A stretch of DNA of 64,000 bases from Candidatus Aldehydirespirator sp. (GCA_965261105.1 CBDHCM010000006.1:4521839-4585838), one strand, 5' to 3'. Shown: positions 8,780 through 17,898, counted from the first letter of the stretch. The notes: generated by a model not told the origin, from the sequence alone. Translations and numbers: made by a program.

Positions 8780-9678
8780 CGAGCGTCCCCCAGCAGCGCT
8801 TGGCCGCCGCGGTCGTTCAGCAGGTGTCGGGCGACTGCTCGGCCCAGCGTTTCAGGGTTGTTGCCTCGGCGGGTGTCGCGGATGAGCACGCGGCCATCGA
8901 GCGATGCCAGCAGGCCCGTGAGCTCAAGACCGCCCGCGGGGACGGTCGTGGCGTGAGCGCCGGCAGGCAGGCTGCAGTCGCCGCCCAGCTCGGCCAGGAA
9001 GGCTCTCTCCGCGTCGACGGCCCGCCGGCTCGGCTCGTGCTCGATGGCGGCCATCTGTTCCAGCACGGTCCGATCGCCGGCCCGGCATTCCACCGCGATG
9101 GCCCCTTGGCCGACCTGGGGCACCAAGACGTCGGGCTCGAGCACGTCGAGAACCTCCGGCTCGAGCCCCAGCCGCTGCAGGGCCACCGCGGCCATGACGA
9201 GGGCGTCGAAGGCGGCTGCCTTGTTGAGCCGGGTGGCGATATTGCCCCGCAGCTCGGCGAAGGCCAGATCGGGTCGCAGCCCGGCGAGCTGGGCCTTGCG
9301 TCTCACCGAGCCGGTGGCCACGGTCGCGCCGGCAGGCAGCTCGGCCAGCCGGCAGCCCACCAGGGCATCGCGGGGATCGCCGCGCCTCGCCACGGCGGCC
9401 AGAACCAGGCCCTCGGGTGTCGACGACGGCAGGTCCTTGGCCGAGTGCACCGCGATGTCGGCCCGGCCGTCGAGCACCGCGGCCTGCACCTCCTTCACGA
9501 ACACGCCCTTGCCCCCCATAGCGTGAATCGGGGTATCGGCGTGCCGGTCTCCTGTGGTGGAGACGGCGACCGGCTCCGTCGCAACCCCGCAGGCCTCGGC
9601 CAGCAACCCGGCCACGATGCCGGTCTGGCAGCGAGCCAGAGCACTGGTCCGGGTGGCGGCCCGCAGCACTACGGCCAT
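8776..9678 (-). CDS. hemC: hydroxymethylbilane synthase (porphobilinogen deaminase)
   Basis: TRTSALARCQT...TTGDRHADTPIHAMGGKGVFVKEVQAAVLDGRADIAVHSAKDLPS. Confidence 0.95.
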   Translation of the reverse strand: MAVVLRAATRTSALARCQTGIVAGLLAEACGVATEPVAVSTTGDRHADTPIHAMGGKGVFVKEVQAAVLDGRADIAVHSAKDLPSSTPEGLVLAAVARRGDPRDALVGCRLAELPAGATVATGSVRRKAQLAGLRPDLAFAELRGNIATRLNKAAAFDALVMAAVALQRLGLEPEVLDVLEPDVLVPQVGQGAIAVECRAGDRTVLEQMAAIEHEPSRRAVDAERAFLAELGGDCSLPAGAHATTVPAGGLELTGLLASLDGRVLIRDTRRGNNPETLGRAVARHLLNDRGGQALLGDAR

Positions 9679-9761
9679 CGGCGCGGCGGCGTGCGGCGGC
9701 GCTGATTCCGGGATCGGCCACGGAGGGTGGCGGCCCGCAGCACTGCGGCCATCGGCGCGGC
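9651..9761. repeat. 37-nt direct repeat duplicating the hemC start region
   Basis: gggtggcggcccgcagcac(t/g)(a/g)cggccatcggcgcggc at 9651-9687 and 9725-9761. The second copy carries its own ATG at 9752. Confidence 0.85.
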
Positions 9762-9763
9762 CC

Positions 9764-11023
9764 CTAAAGGTCGAACAGGTCGCGCAGCGCTTCGGCTAGG
9801 CGGTCGCCCCGTGCGTGGCCGGCCGCGTCCTTGAGCCTCACCGTCGGCTCGTGGAGCAGCTTGTTCACCACGCCGCGCAGCAGCGACTCCACCGCGACGC
9901 GCTGAGCCGCCGAAAGACCGATGAGGCGTGAGTTGTGGCGGTCCAGCTCGGCGGTGGTGACCTGATGGGCGCGGGCTCGCAGCGCCGCGATCAGGGGTGC
10001 GACTTCCCGGGCCGACGCTTCAATCAGATAGTGCTCGACTTCGTCGTCGACGATGGCCCGCACCGAGTCGATCTCCTGCTCCCGGCCGGACCGGCCCTGC
10101 CGGACGAAGTCGCCCAGGTCGTCCATGTCGAGCAGGGTCACGCCGGGCAGTCCCCGAACCGCCGGGTCGACGTCGCGGGGAACGGCCACATCGACGATCA
10201 ACAGCTGCGCTCCGCCCCGCCGGGTCATCACTTCGTCGATGTCGCTGTGCTCGAGCACGATGTCGGTGGCGCCGGTGGTGGTGATGACCACATCGGCGGC
10301 TACCAGGGCCGGCTCCACCTCGTCGAGAGCCACGGCTCGCCCGCTGCAGGACGCCGCGGCCGCCTCGGCCCGCTCCGGCGTGCGGTTGGCCACCGCGATG
10401 TCAGCCGCTCCGGCGCCGGCCAGCGACTTGAGCGTGCCCGTGGCCACATCTCCGGCGCCGAGCACCAGCACCCGCCGGCCCGCGAGGGTGCCGAGGCGCT
10501 CCTGGGCCAGCGCCACCGCGGCATGGGACAGCGATGCGATTCCGTGTGAGATGCCGGTGGTGGCCCTGACCTTCTTGCCGGCCACCACGGCTCGGCGGAA
10601 CAGCGGCTCGAGCACCGCGCCCACGGTGCCCTCGTCCCGTGCGGCCTGCCAGGCATCTCGTACCTGGCCCAGGATCTCGTGCTCGCCCACCACCACCGAG
10701 TCGAGCCCGGCCGCGACGCTGAACAGGTGCTGCACCGCGTCGACGTCGTGATGGGAGTAGAGCTCGTCGGCGACGGTCTCGGGCGGCAGTCCCGAGTGTC
10801 GGGCGAGCAGCTCGCGGATGTCGGCGTAGCCGCCGTGGAAGCGCTCGGCGTAGGCGTAGACCTCGGTGCGGTTGCAGGTGGACAGCAGCACCGCCTCGCT
10901 GAGGTGCTCGGCCGACGCAAGGTCGTGGAGCGCCTTGGCGAGGTCGGTGGGCGCGACCGTCATTCGCTCGAGCAGATCGAGCGGCGTAGACCGGTGATTA
11001 CACCCGACGACTACGAGCGACAT
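9764..11023 (-). CDS. hemA: glutamyl-tRNA reductase
   Basis: MSLVVVGCNHRSTPLDLLERM...LLSTCNRTEVYAY...VLVLGAGDVA. Start set at ATG 11023; the track ORF's 27 extra codons run into a repeat element. Confidence 0.93.
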   Translation of the reverse strand: MSLVVVGCNHRSTPLDLLERMTVAPTDLAKALHDLASAEHLSEAVLLSTCNRTEVYAYAERFHGGYADIRELLARHSGLPPETVADELYSHHDVDAVQHLFSVAAGLDSVVVGEHEILGQVRDAWQAARDEGTVGAVLEPLFRRAVVAGKKVRATTGISHGIASLSHAAVALAQERLGTLAGRRVLVLGAGDVATGTLKSLAGAGAADIAVANRTPERAEAAAASCSGRAVALDEVEPALVAADVVITTTGATDIVLEHSDIDEVMTRRGGAQLLIVDVAVPRDVDPAVRGLPGVTLLDMDDLGDFVRQGRSGREQEIDSVRAIVDDEVEHYLIEASAREVAPLIAALRARAHQVTTAELDRHNSRLIGLSAAQRVAVESLLRGVVNKLLHEPTVRLKDAAGHARGDRLAEALRDLFDL

Positions 11024-11078
11024 TGCGTCGGATGCTATCGCCGCCCGCCGGCCGACGGGCGGGGTCGGGTGGCTGCGA

Positions 11079-11180
11079 GTTCCGCTCTTGTTCGCTGCGC
11101 TCACGGGCCGCTCGGGCCACGGCCTCGCTCTGCGCTCCTGCGGAATTCTCGCGATCTGCGACCTGTCCGCTCGGCCTCTG
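11079..11180 (+). repeat. ~100-nt intergenic repeat family, copy A
   Basis: gttccgctcttgttcgctgcgc(t/c)cacgggccgct(c/g)gggccacggcctcgct...cctgtccgctcggcctctg matches the reverse complement of 17797-17898. Confidence 0.8.
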
Positions 11181-11266
11181 TCAACGGGCCAGGAAGAAGA
11201 GCTGCAACACCCCGGCCACCACGATGATCACGAGCAGCGCCACGATGACGACGGCGGTTCCCGGCC

Positions 11267-12217
11267 TCATGGTCCGCCTCCGGTGTCGTGTCTTGCCGGC
11301 GCCGCCGCACGGCGTCCCAGGCCCACCGGCGTGGCCGTGCCTCCAGCGCCGGTCAGGCGTCCGGTGGCCGCGGTCGTGAGCCTCACCTCGGCTCCCTCGT
11401 GAAGGCCCAGATCGTCGGCCGCGGACCGTCTCGGCATCGCTAGCGACACGAGTCCGCTCGAATCGGTGATCAGTCCCACCCGCCCCGCTGACACCTCGGC
11501 GTAGGCGCCGACCCGCTCAGCGGTGCGGAGGTCGTCGCCGGCCGCGATCTGCAGCGGCGCTCCGGCCGGAGCCAGCTCCTCGAGGTCGTCGGGTTCGAGA
11601 TTGAGCTGGCAGTTGCCGAAACGGTCGATCCACAGAACCTCGGCCACCAGGTCGTCGCCGTCGCGGTGGCTCACCGGGAGCATTCCGGGCGTCAGCGTGG
11701 CCGGATCGATGGCCGGCCCCAGAGCGCTGAGAGGCACCCCGCAGCAGAGGTGGGCGGCCGCGGGGGCGAACACGTCGCGGCCGTCGAAGGTCCTTCCCAG
11801 TTCGGCTTGGGCGTCGAGCCGGCAGTCGGGGCTGGCGAGCTGCACCGCCCGGCTGGCGCCCCCGACGAGGGCCACCGCCGGGGCCAGCAGCCCGTTGTCC
11901 GGCCCGACCAGGACGGAGGCACCGTCGCCGACTTCGACCGCCACCGGCCGCCGGTCGGTGCCCACGCCGGGATCCACCACCGCGAGGACTACGCCGGGAA
12001 GCAGGTACTGGGCGGCCCTGGCCAGAGCCAGGCCGCCGGCCCGCACGTCGTAGGGGGCGATGCCGTGGGTCACGTCCACCACCCGGACATGGGGCGCGAT
12101 CGAGGCGATCACCGATTGCACCACCCCGACGAACTCATCGTTGTGGCCGTAGTCCGACAGGAACGAGATCGTGTCGTATCCGCCGCGCCGCCGGCCGGCG
12201 TCAGCCGCGGCCGTCAC
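11267..12217 (-). CDS. SAM hydrolase / SAM hydroxide adenosyltransferase family protein (DUF62)
   Basis: ISFLSDYGHNDEFVGVVQSVIASIAPHVRVVDVTHGI...VLAVVDPGVGTDRRPVAVEV. Confidence 0.8.
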   Translation of the reverse strand: MTAAADAGRRRGGYDTISFLSDYGHNDEFVGVVQSVIASIAPHVRVVDVTHGIAPYDVRAGGLALARAAQYLLPGVVLAVVDPGVGTDRRPVAVEVGDGASVLVGPDNGLLAPAVALVGGASRAVQLASPDCRLDAQAELGRTFDGRDVFAPAAAHLCCGVPLSALGPAIDPATLTPGMLPVSHRDGDDLVAEVLWIDRFGNCQLNLEPDDLEELAPAGAPLQIAAGDDLRTAERVGAYAEVSAGRVGLITDSSGLVSLAMPRRSAADDLGLHEGAEVRLTTAATGRLTGAGGTATPVGLGRRAAAPARHDTGGGP

Positions 12218-13011
12218 TGGCCCAGCTCGCGGGAGCGCTTGGTGGCCGCGTCCACCACCCGGTCGATGAGGCCCATGAAATCGGCGTCGTCGAGCACGGC
12301 GAGGCCCGCCGCGGTGGTGCCGCCGGGGGAGGTGACATTCTCACGCAGGCGGCCGGGGTCCTCCCCGGACTGGGCCAGCAGGGTCGCGGCCCCCAGAAGG
12401 GTTTGGCGGGTGAGGGCATCGGCAGTGGCGGCCTCGAGGCCCTGGGCCGTTCCCGCGGCTCGCAGCGCCTCGGCCAGCCGGAACAGATAGGCGGGACCGC
12501 TGCCCGAGAGGCCGGTCACCGCGTCGAGGTCGGCCTCGCTCACCACCGCGACCGTGCCCACCGCTTCGAGGATCCTGCGAGCCCAGTCGAGATCCTCGGA
12601 CGCCGCCGCCGATCCGGGCGCTATGGCGGCCGCGCCCTTGCCGACCAGCGCCGCCGTGTTGGGCATGGCCCGCACCACTGGGGTTCCCGCCGGCAGCCCG
12701 GCCTCGATCGCGCCGGTGCGCACGCCGGCCGCAATGGACAGCACCCGGCCCACGTCGACGGCAGCCAGCGCCGGCAGCACCGCGGCCACCACGTCGGGCT
12801 TCACTGCGATCACTGCGTCGGTGTCGCGGACGGGTCCGCTGGACACTGACACCCCCGGCACGGCGGCCGCGACAACCTTTTGCCGCGCCGGGTCGGGCTC
12901 GACCACGTGCAGCTCGCCCGGCTCTGCCCATCCGTTGGCTACGAGCCCGACCAGCAGGGCCTCACCCATCTTGCCTCCGCCGATCACCTGGAGTCGAGCC
13001 ATGCCGGTCAT
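12214..13011 (-). CDS. proC: pyrroline-5-carboxylate reductase
   Basis: LQVIGGGKMGEALLVGL...MPNTAALVGKGA...GSGPAYLFRLAEAL. Start is ATG 13011 or 13002. Confidence 0.9.
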   Translation of the reverse strand: MTGMARLQVIGGGKMGEALLVGLVANGWAEPGELHVVEPDPARQKVVAAAVPGVSVSSGPVRDTDAVIAVKPDVVAAVLPALAAVDVGRVLSIAAGVRTGAIEAGLPAGTPVVRAMPNTAALVGKGAAAIAPGSAAASEDLDWARRILEAVGTVAVVSEADLDAVTGLSGSGPAYLFRLAEALRAAGTAQGLEAATADALTRQTLLGAATLLAQSGEDPGRLRENVTSPGGTTAAGLAVLDDADFMGLIDRVVDAATKRSRELGQ

Positions 13012-13017
13012 GCTAAG

Positions 13018-14656
13018 CCTGAATCCACCGACGGGTTTGTGGGTTCGACGGTTGGGGCCGGTTGGCGGCTGGGCTGGTGCGTGTGTGCGGGCCGACGCGT
13101 TTTGGGGCGTGCGAGGCTGGTGTGGGGGGCTGGTGCGGGTTGGTGGCGCTGGGGGTGCTTGTTGGCTGCGCCGGGCCGGGGCGGCCGGTCAGATGAGCAG
13201 GGGCAGGTTGCGGATCCGGTCGAGGGCGGTGGTGAAGGCCGTGGCCCATGGCCAGTTGAGCGGCAGGCGCAGTCTGTGTCGGCCGCTGTGGTTGACGAGG
13301 CGGCCGGGCACGGTGAGGAGCCGGTTGCGGATGGTGGCCGCGACGGTGAGCTGCGCTGTGGGGTGGGCGCGTCCGAGGCGGGCGGTCCAGCGGGCGAGGT
13401 TGTGGGCGAGCACGCAGCAGGCGAGCCAGGCGCCGTTGGCGGGGAACTGTCCTGAGGGGCAGCGGCTGAGCCCGGAGTTTTCTTTGAGGTCGCGAATGGC
13501 GAGTTCCACGGTGGCGTGGCCGCGGTGGTAGGCGTCGGCGGCGACGGTGTCGAGGTCGGCTCGGTCGGTGACGAAGCAGTGGTGGCGCCAGTTGGGCCAC
13601 AGCTCGGCTTGGGCGCCGAGCAGGCGGGTGCGGCGCACGACGAGCCGCAGCTTGGCCCGCTTGCCGTCGGGGCCGCGGAGCTTGTCGCCGCGGCGGCCGG
13701 GGTCGATGGTGGTCTCAGCGACCTGGGCCTGCGCGCCGCGGGTGTAGGCGATCGCCTGCCAGGCGTCGTCGCCGATGGCCGCTACAGCTGCTTTGACCTT
13801 GGCGTTCTGTGGGATCGTGATCGAGTAGGACGCGTTGTGGGCCCCGATGTCTGCGATCATGTCATAGGAGAAGAACCCCGCGTCGGCGCGCACCGCGACC
13901 GCCGCGTCCGGCGCCAGGCGCCGCACCCGGGCCAGGGCCTCGCGCGCGAAATGCTCGTTGGCGCGCTGCGACGATCCCGACCGCATCCGAGAGTGCAGCA
14001 CCTCGCCGGTGTCTGATCGCACCGCCACCAGCGGGTGATATCCCAACACGCCGGTGTGGCCGTACGCGGCGCCGTGCTTGGCCTTGCCGCACACCTCGCA
14101 GATCGTGGAGTCCAAATCCACGGTCATCTCCGCGGCAACCGGCGCGGTGCCCACAGACCACGCCCGCACCAGCGCCTGCTCGGCCGCCTTGTCGAGCTGG
14201 CGCACAGGCCCGAACCTGAACGACCGCAAGAACGACCCCACAGTCGACGGCGCCATCACCCGAAACGGCACCACCGCCTGCGACGCCGCGGCCCGCAGAC
14301 GGCCGGTGTCGTCGATGCAGCGGCCGCCCACCAGCATCGACGCCACCAAAGTCAACACCTTGCGGCCCGCCCCCGAGCCCGCCGAGCCCGGCGGGCGCAC
14401 CGTCTCGTCGATCAGCGACTCCAGCCCCAAGGCGATCCATCACCGTGCCCGCCGGCAACAACCCCGCATCGGCCACCAAAGAAGCGTCGTCGAACACTGC
14501 CTCCAACCCGTCGATCCCGCCCGCTATGCTCCTCACAGGAAGTGCCTCCTCACGCAGCTGGAATAACTGTCGTTATTAACAGTATTCTGCCACGTCAGGA
14601 GGCCTTTCTGGTGGATGCTCCAACCCCACAAACCCCACCGCGCCGGTGGATCCAGG
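13018..14656 (-). mobile_element. IS1380-family insertion sequence with 5-bp target duplication
   Basis: Inverted ends cctgaatccaccg (13018) and cggtggatccagg (14656). Direct repeat ctaag at 13013-13017 and 14657-14661. Internal transposase ORFs. Confidence 0.85.
13189..14536 (-). pseudogene. IS1380-family transposase split by a frameshift
   Basis: N-terminal frame MRSIAGGIDGLEAVFDDASLVADAGLLPAGTVMDRLG (from 14536) continues in another frame as LESLIDETVRPPGSAGSGAGRKVLTLVASMLVGG... (13189..14430). The shift maps to a C4 run at 14425-14428. Confidence 0.75.
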
Positions 14657-14658
14657 CT

Positions 14659-14815
14659 AAGAGGCCGAGCGGATAGACGACAGTCAACGAGGATCTCGCA
14701 AGGAGCTGAGCAGTCAACGAGGATCTCGCAAGGAGCTGAGCAGTCAACGAGGATCTCGCAAGGAGCTGAGCTGCCCTCATGGGAGGCCGGCTGTGTCACG
14801 GGCGTGCAGCTGGAG
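14659..14815 (-). repeat. ~100-nt intergenic repeat family, copy C (with internal triplication)
   Basis: agaggccgagcggatagacgacag...gatctcgcaagg parallels copy B (cagaggccgagcggacaggcgacac...aatctcgcaggg). The far end overlaps the 3' end of the EamA gene. Confidence 0.6.
14681..14770. repeat. 3 x 30-bp perfect tandem repeat
   Basis: cagtcaacgaggatctcgcaaggagctgag three times, with no spacers. Confidence 0.95.
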
Positions 14816-15673
14816 GTCGCGACCGATCACGGCGGCCAGCGCCGCCAGAACGACCGCACCGCCGATGGCTTGGGTGGCCCTGATCGGCTCGTCCACGAAG
14901 ATGGCGGCTCCGATCATCGACAGGGGAGGTGCGCCCAGCTTTGCCATAGACGCCACTGTGAGCTGCACGTGGCGGAGGGCCCAGTTCATCAAGAGGTGGC
15001 CGGTTCCCGGCACCGCCAGCAGAGCGGCGACCCAGACCAAGTCGTTGAAGGTCGGCACGAACAGATCACCGCTGGCAGCCGCGACCGGGACGACCACGGC
15101 TAGTCCCACCACCCACATGGCGGTCTGGAACTCCAACGCTCCCACCTTCTGGCGGGCTTCTTTGGCCAGCACGAAGTAGACCCCGAACAGCGCCAGGGCC
15201 AGCCCGGCCAGGGCATCGCCGCGGGCACTCCAGGTGGAGACCGACACCGATCCGTAGAGGACGAGCGCGGTGCCGGCCAGAGCGGCCGTGGCCAGGCCTA
15301 CCAGCCACCCCGAGATGGGCTCGCCGAAGCGTCGGGCGGCCACCGCGAACAGGACCATTGGCAGCAGCGCGCCGATCATGGTGGCGTTGGCGATCGTGGT
15401 CGACTTGAGCGCTTCGTAGAACACGATGGTCCACGCGCCCACGGCGAGCCCCGGTGGGACGCAGGTCCGAAACTGCGGCCATGTGATCCGTCGGCGCCGG
15501 ACGAGCAGGATCGCCGCATACACGAGCACCGCCAACAGGAGTCGCCAGAGAGCGAGAGGGATGGCGTCCAGTCCGGCCTCGCGCACCATGATGTTGCCCG
15601 CCCCCCAGCACGCCACGGCGCTGAAGGCGCTGACCAGCCCCAGTGGGTGCCGCTCGGTCGCCCGGGTTGTCAC
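14777..15673 (-). CDS. EamA/DMT-family transporter
   Basis: 298 aa, about ten hydrophobic helices in two EamA-like halves (GAGNIMVREAG... / ...GTGHLLMNWALRHV). GTG start lies inside a tandem repeat. Confidence 0.8.
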   Translation of the reverse strand: MTTRATERHPLGLVSAFSAVACWGAGNIMVREAGLDAIPLALWRLLLAVLVYAAILLVRRRRITWPQFRTCVPPGLAVGAWTIVFYEALKSTTIANATMIGALLPMVLFAVAARRFGEPISGWLVGLATAALAGTALVLYGSVSVSTWSARGDALAGLALALFGVYFVLAKEARQKVGALEFQTAMWVVGLAVVVPVAAASGDLFVPTFNDLVWVAALLAVPGTGHLLMNWALRHVQLTVASMAKLGAPPLSMIGAAIFVDEPIRATQAIGGAVVLAALAAVIGRDLQLHARDTAGLP

Positions 15674-15779
15674 AGGCCCGCCGGGTGCGGCCCGGTCGCC
15701 CGGGTTGTCACAGGCCCGCCGGGTGCCGCTCGGTCGCCCGGGTTGTCACAGGCCCGCCGGGTGCTGCTCGGTCGCCCGG
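15645..15779. repeat. about 3.5 x 38-bp tandem repeat covering the EamA start codon
   Basis: gggtgc(c/g)gc(t/c)cggtcgcccgggttgtcacaggcccgcc at 15645, 15683 and 15721, plus a partial copy at 15759. Confidence 0.9.
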
Positions 15780-15809
15780 TACGTCATCGTTCGGGGAAGG
15801 GCGTTCGGT

Positions 15810-16292
15810 TCAGGCGCCGACGGCTCGGATGGCCCGGCCCGTGGTGCCCTCGGGCAGCAGACCGGCATGGGCGCGGGCGTCGGCCCGCAGCACGGCATAG
15901 AGCTTGTCCGCCATGGGGGCCACCCGGTCGTTGCTGGTGTCGACGTGCAGCATCATCGACTCCTGGGTGGCTGCCGGCGCCTCGTCGCCGACCCGCCGCA
16001 ACTCGTGGAACAGGTGCACCCGTTTGGGGTCGGCGCCGGCCACGGTCGTGTCCACTGCCAGCGCCGCGTCCGGGGCCAGCTCGTCGACGAATACGATGTG
16101 GGTCTCCACGGTGTAGAACGATCCGCCCGTCGTGGTGCGGTAGTGCTCGTCGAACCCCATGCGGGTCAGGTACTCGTCGCTGGCCATGCCGAACACGACG
16201 CCGTAGAAGCCCTCGCTCATGTGGCCGTTGTAGTCGATCCACTCGTCGAGCACGGCCCCCCGCCAGATGCGCAGCGGCGCGCCGTCAGCCAT
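15810..16292 (-). CDS. hotdog-fold acyl-CoA thioesterase family protein
   Basis: 160 aa from ATG 16292: MADGAPLRIWRGAVLDEWIDYNGHMSEGFYGVVF...SFYTVETHIVFVDE (4HBT-like pattern). The rest of track ORF 15810..17621 is a shadow frame. Confidence 0.7.
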   Translation of the reverse strand: MADGAPLRIWRGAVLDEWIDYNGHMSEGFYGVVFGMASDEYLTRMGFDEHYRTTTGGSFYTVETHIVFVDELAPDAALAVDTTVAGADPKRVHLFHELRRVGDEAPAATQESMMLHVDTSNDRVAPMADKLYAVLRADARAHAGLLPEGTTGRAIRAVGA

Positions 16293-16342
16293 GGGTCGCG
16301 AGTCTACGTACCCCCGGCGGAGCTCCTGCCGGGGCGTCGGCG

Positions 16343-17710
16343 TCAGAACAGCGTGAGGTACTGGTTGACCTCCGAGGGGGTGACCTCGTGGTGGTGGGCC
16401 AGGAACTCCTCGCGCTTGACCTTCACGTAGTAGTCGCGGTACGGGCCCTCGGCGGTGTCGCCCAGGCCCCGGCCGATCACGTCGCAGGACGCGAGCGCCT
16501 CCGCGGCGTGCAGCAGCGTCGGAGGCAGGGCCTTGATGCCCTTGGCCGCCACCTGCTCGGCTGACAGCGCGAACAGGTTGTCCGTGTTGGGCTCGCCCGG
16601 GTCGATGTCGTTGTCGATGCCGTCGAGGCCGCATGCCAGCATGGCCGCGAACATCAGGTACGGGTTGGCCGCGCCGTCGCCGAGGCGGATCTCGATCCGG
16701 TCGGGCTCGGGCACGCGGATCATCTGGGTGCGGTTGTTGCCCCCGTAGACCGCGTAGGCAGGCGCCCACGTGGCCCCCGAGGTGGGTGCGCCCACCCCCA
16801 TGCGCTTGTAGGAGTTCACGATCGGGCACAGCACCGCCACCAGCGACGAGGCGTGCTTGATGATGCCGGCGGTGAACTTGTAGGCGGTGTCGCTCAGCCC
16901 CAGTCCCTTCGTGTCCGCCCCGCCGGCCCCTCCCCCGATGAACAGCGGCTCGTCGGAGTCGCCGGTCCACAGGCTCAGGTGGGTGTGCAGGCCGTTGCCG
17001 GTCTTGTCGGCGAAGGGCTTGGGCATGAACGTGGCGTAGCGGCCGTCGCGCTGGGCCAGGGTGTGCACCATCAGCCGGAACAGGATCAGCCGGTCGGCGG
17101 TGGTGAGGGCGTCGGAGTACTGCCAGTTCTGCTCGTACTGCCCGTTGGCATCTTCGTGGTCGTTGGCGTAGTTGCCCCATCCCATGGCGTCGAGGTTCTT
17201 GGAAACCGCGGTCAGATGGGGCAGCATCCGGGTGAGGCCCTTGGCGTCGTAGCAGGGCAGCGGCATGTTGTCGCGGTCGTCGGCCACCGCAATCGAGCCG
17301 TCGTCGCGCCGCACCACCAGCGAGTACTCGGCCTCCACGCCGCACTTGAGCACGACGTTGCGCTCGGCGGCGGCGCCGAGCGCCCGGCGCAGGATCACCC
17401 TCGGGGCGAACGGCCACAGCTCGCCCTCCACCGTCGGGTCGCACTGCATGGCGGCCACGTTCGGCTGCCAGGGCAACTGCGTGTAGGACGCCGGGTCGGG
17501 CAGGGCGAGTATGTCGGGGCTGGACGGGTCCTGGCCCATCGGTCCCGCCGCGAAGCCCGCGAACCCGGCCCCGTCGCTCATCAGCCCCTCGAGGGCGCCG
17601 ACCGGCACAAGCTTGGCGCACGGTTTGCCGTGCATCTCCACGAACATGGCGTAGATGAACTCCACACCGTCGGCCTCCACCCGGCCCCGGATCTCGTCGA
17701 GTGCGTCCAT
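16343..17710 (-). CDS. glutamine-synthetase-family ligase (GlnT / gamma-glutamylmethylamide synthetase-like)
   Basis: MDALDEIRGRVEADGVEFIYAMFVEMHGKP...FMPKPFADKTGNGLHTHLSLW...GGNNRTQMIRVP. Start at ATG 17710. Divergent from the glxBCD/mgsABC-like genes. Confidence 0.85.
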   Translation of the reverse strand: MDALDEIRGRVEADGVEFIYAMFVEMHGKPCAKLVPVGALEGLMSDGAGFAGFAAGPMGQDPSSPDILALPDPASYTQLPWQPNVAAMQCDPTVEGELWPFAPRVILRRALGAAAERNVVLKCGVEAEYSLVVRRDDGSIAVADDRDNMPLPCYDAKGLTRMLPHLTAVSKNLDAMGWGNYANDHEDANGQYEQNWQYSDALTTADRLILFRLMVHTLAQRDGRYATFMPKPFADKTGNGLHTHLSLWTGDSDEPLFIGGGAGGADTKGLGLSDTAYKFTAGIIKHASSLVAVLCPIVNSYKRMGVGAPTSGATWAPAYAVYGGNNRTQMIRVPEPDRIEIRLGDGAANPYLMFAAMLACGLDGIDNDIDPGEPNTDNLFALSAEQVAAKGIKALPPTLLHAAEALASCDVIGRGLGDTAEGPYRDYYVKVKREEFLAHHHEVTPSEVNQYLTLF

Positions 17711-17796
17711 GTCGTTCCCCCTGTGGTCGTGCCGTTGTCGGCTGGGTAGCGGCGCCCGAGAGTAGTCAACGATCACCTGGTCGGGGAATTGGGCCT

Positions 17797-17898
17797 CAGA
17801 GGCCGAGCGGACAGGCGACACTTCACCCCGAATCTCGCAGGGTGTCGAGCGAGGCCGTGGCCCCAGCGGCCCGTGGGCGCAGCGAACAAGAGCGGAAC
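17797..17898 (-). repeat. ~100-nt intergenic repeat family, copy B
   Basis: Reverse complement aligns with 11079-11180 over both ends and most of the 5' half. Confidence 0.8.

Noticed and set aside
13018-13190. G-rich tract (ggtgtggggggctggtgcgggttggtggcgctgggggtgc) as a possible G-quadruplex or regulatory element
   Set aside because: It lies inside the IS1380 3' non-coding end. I have no way to evaluate folding here and there is no second line of evidence.
14681-14770. Considered whether the perfect tandem repeats (also 15645-15779, 27996-28067, 47463-47564) could be a CRISPR array
   Set aside because: The units are contiguous without spacers, number only 2-4 copies, and overlap gene starts or stops. 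No cas genes are present.
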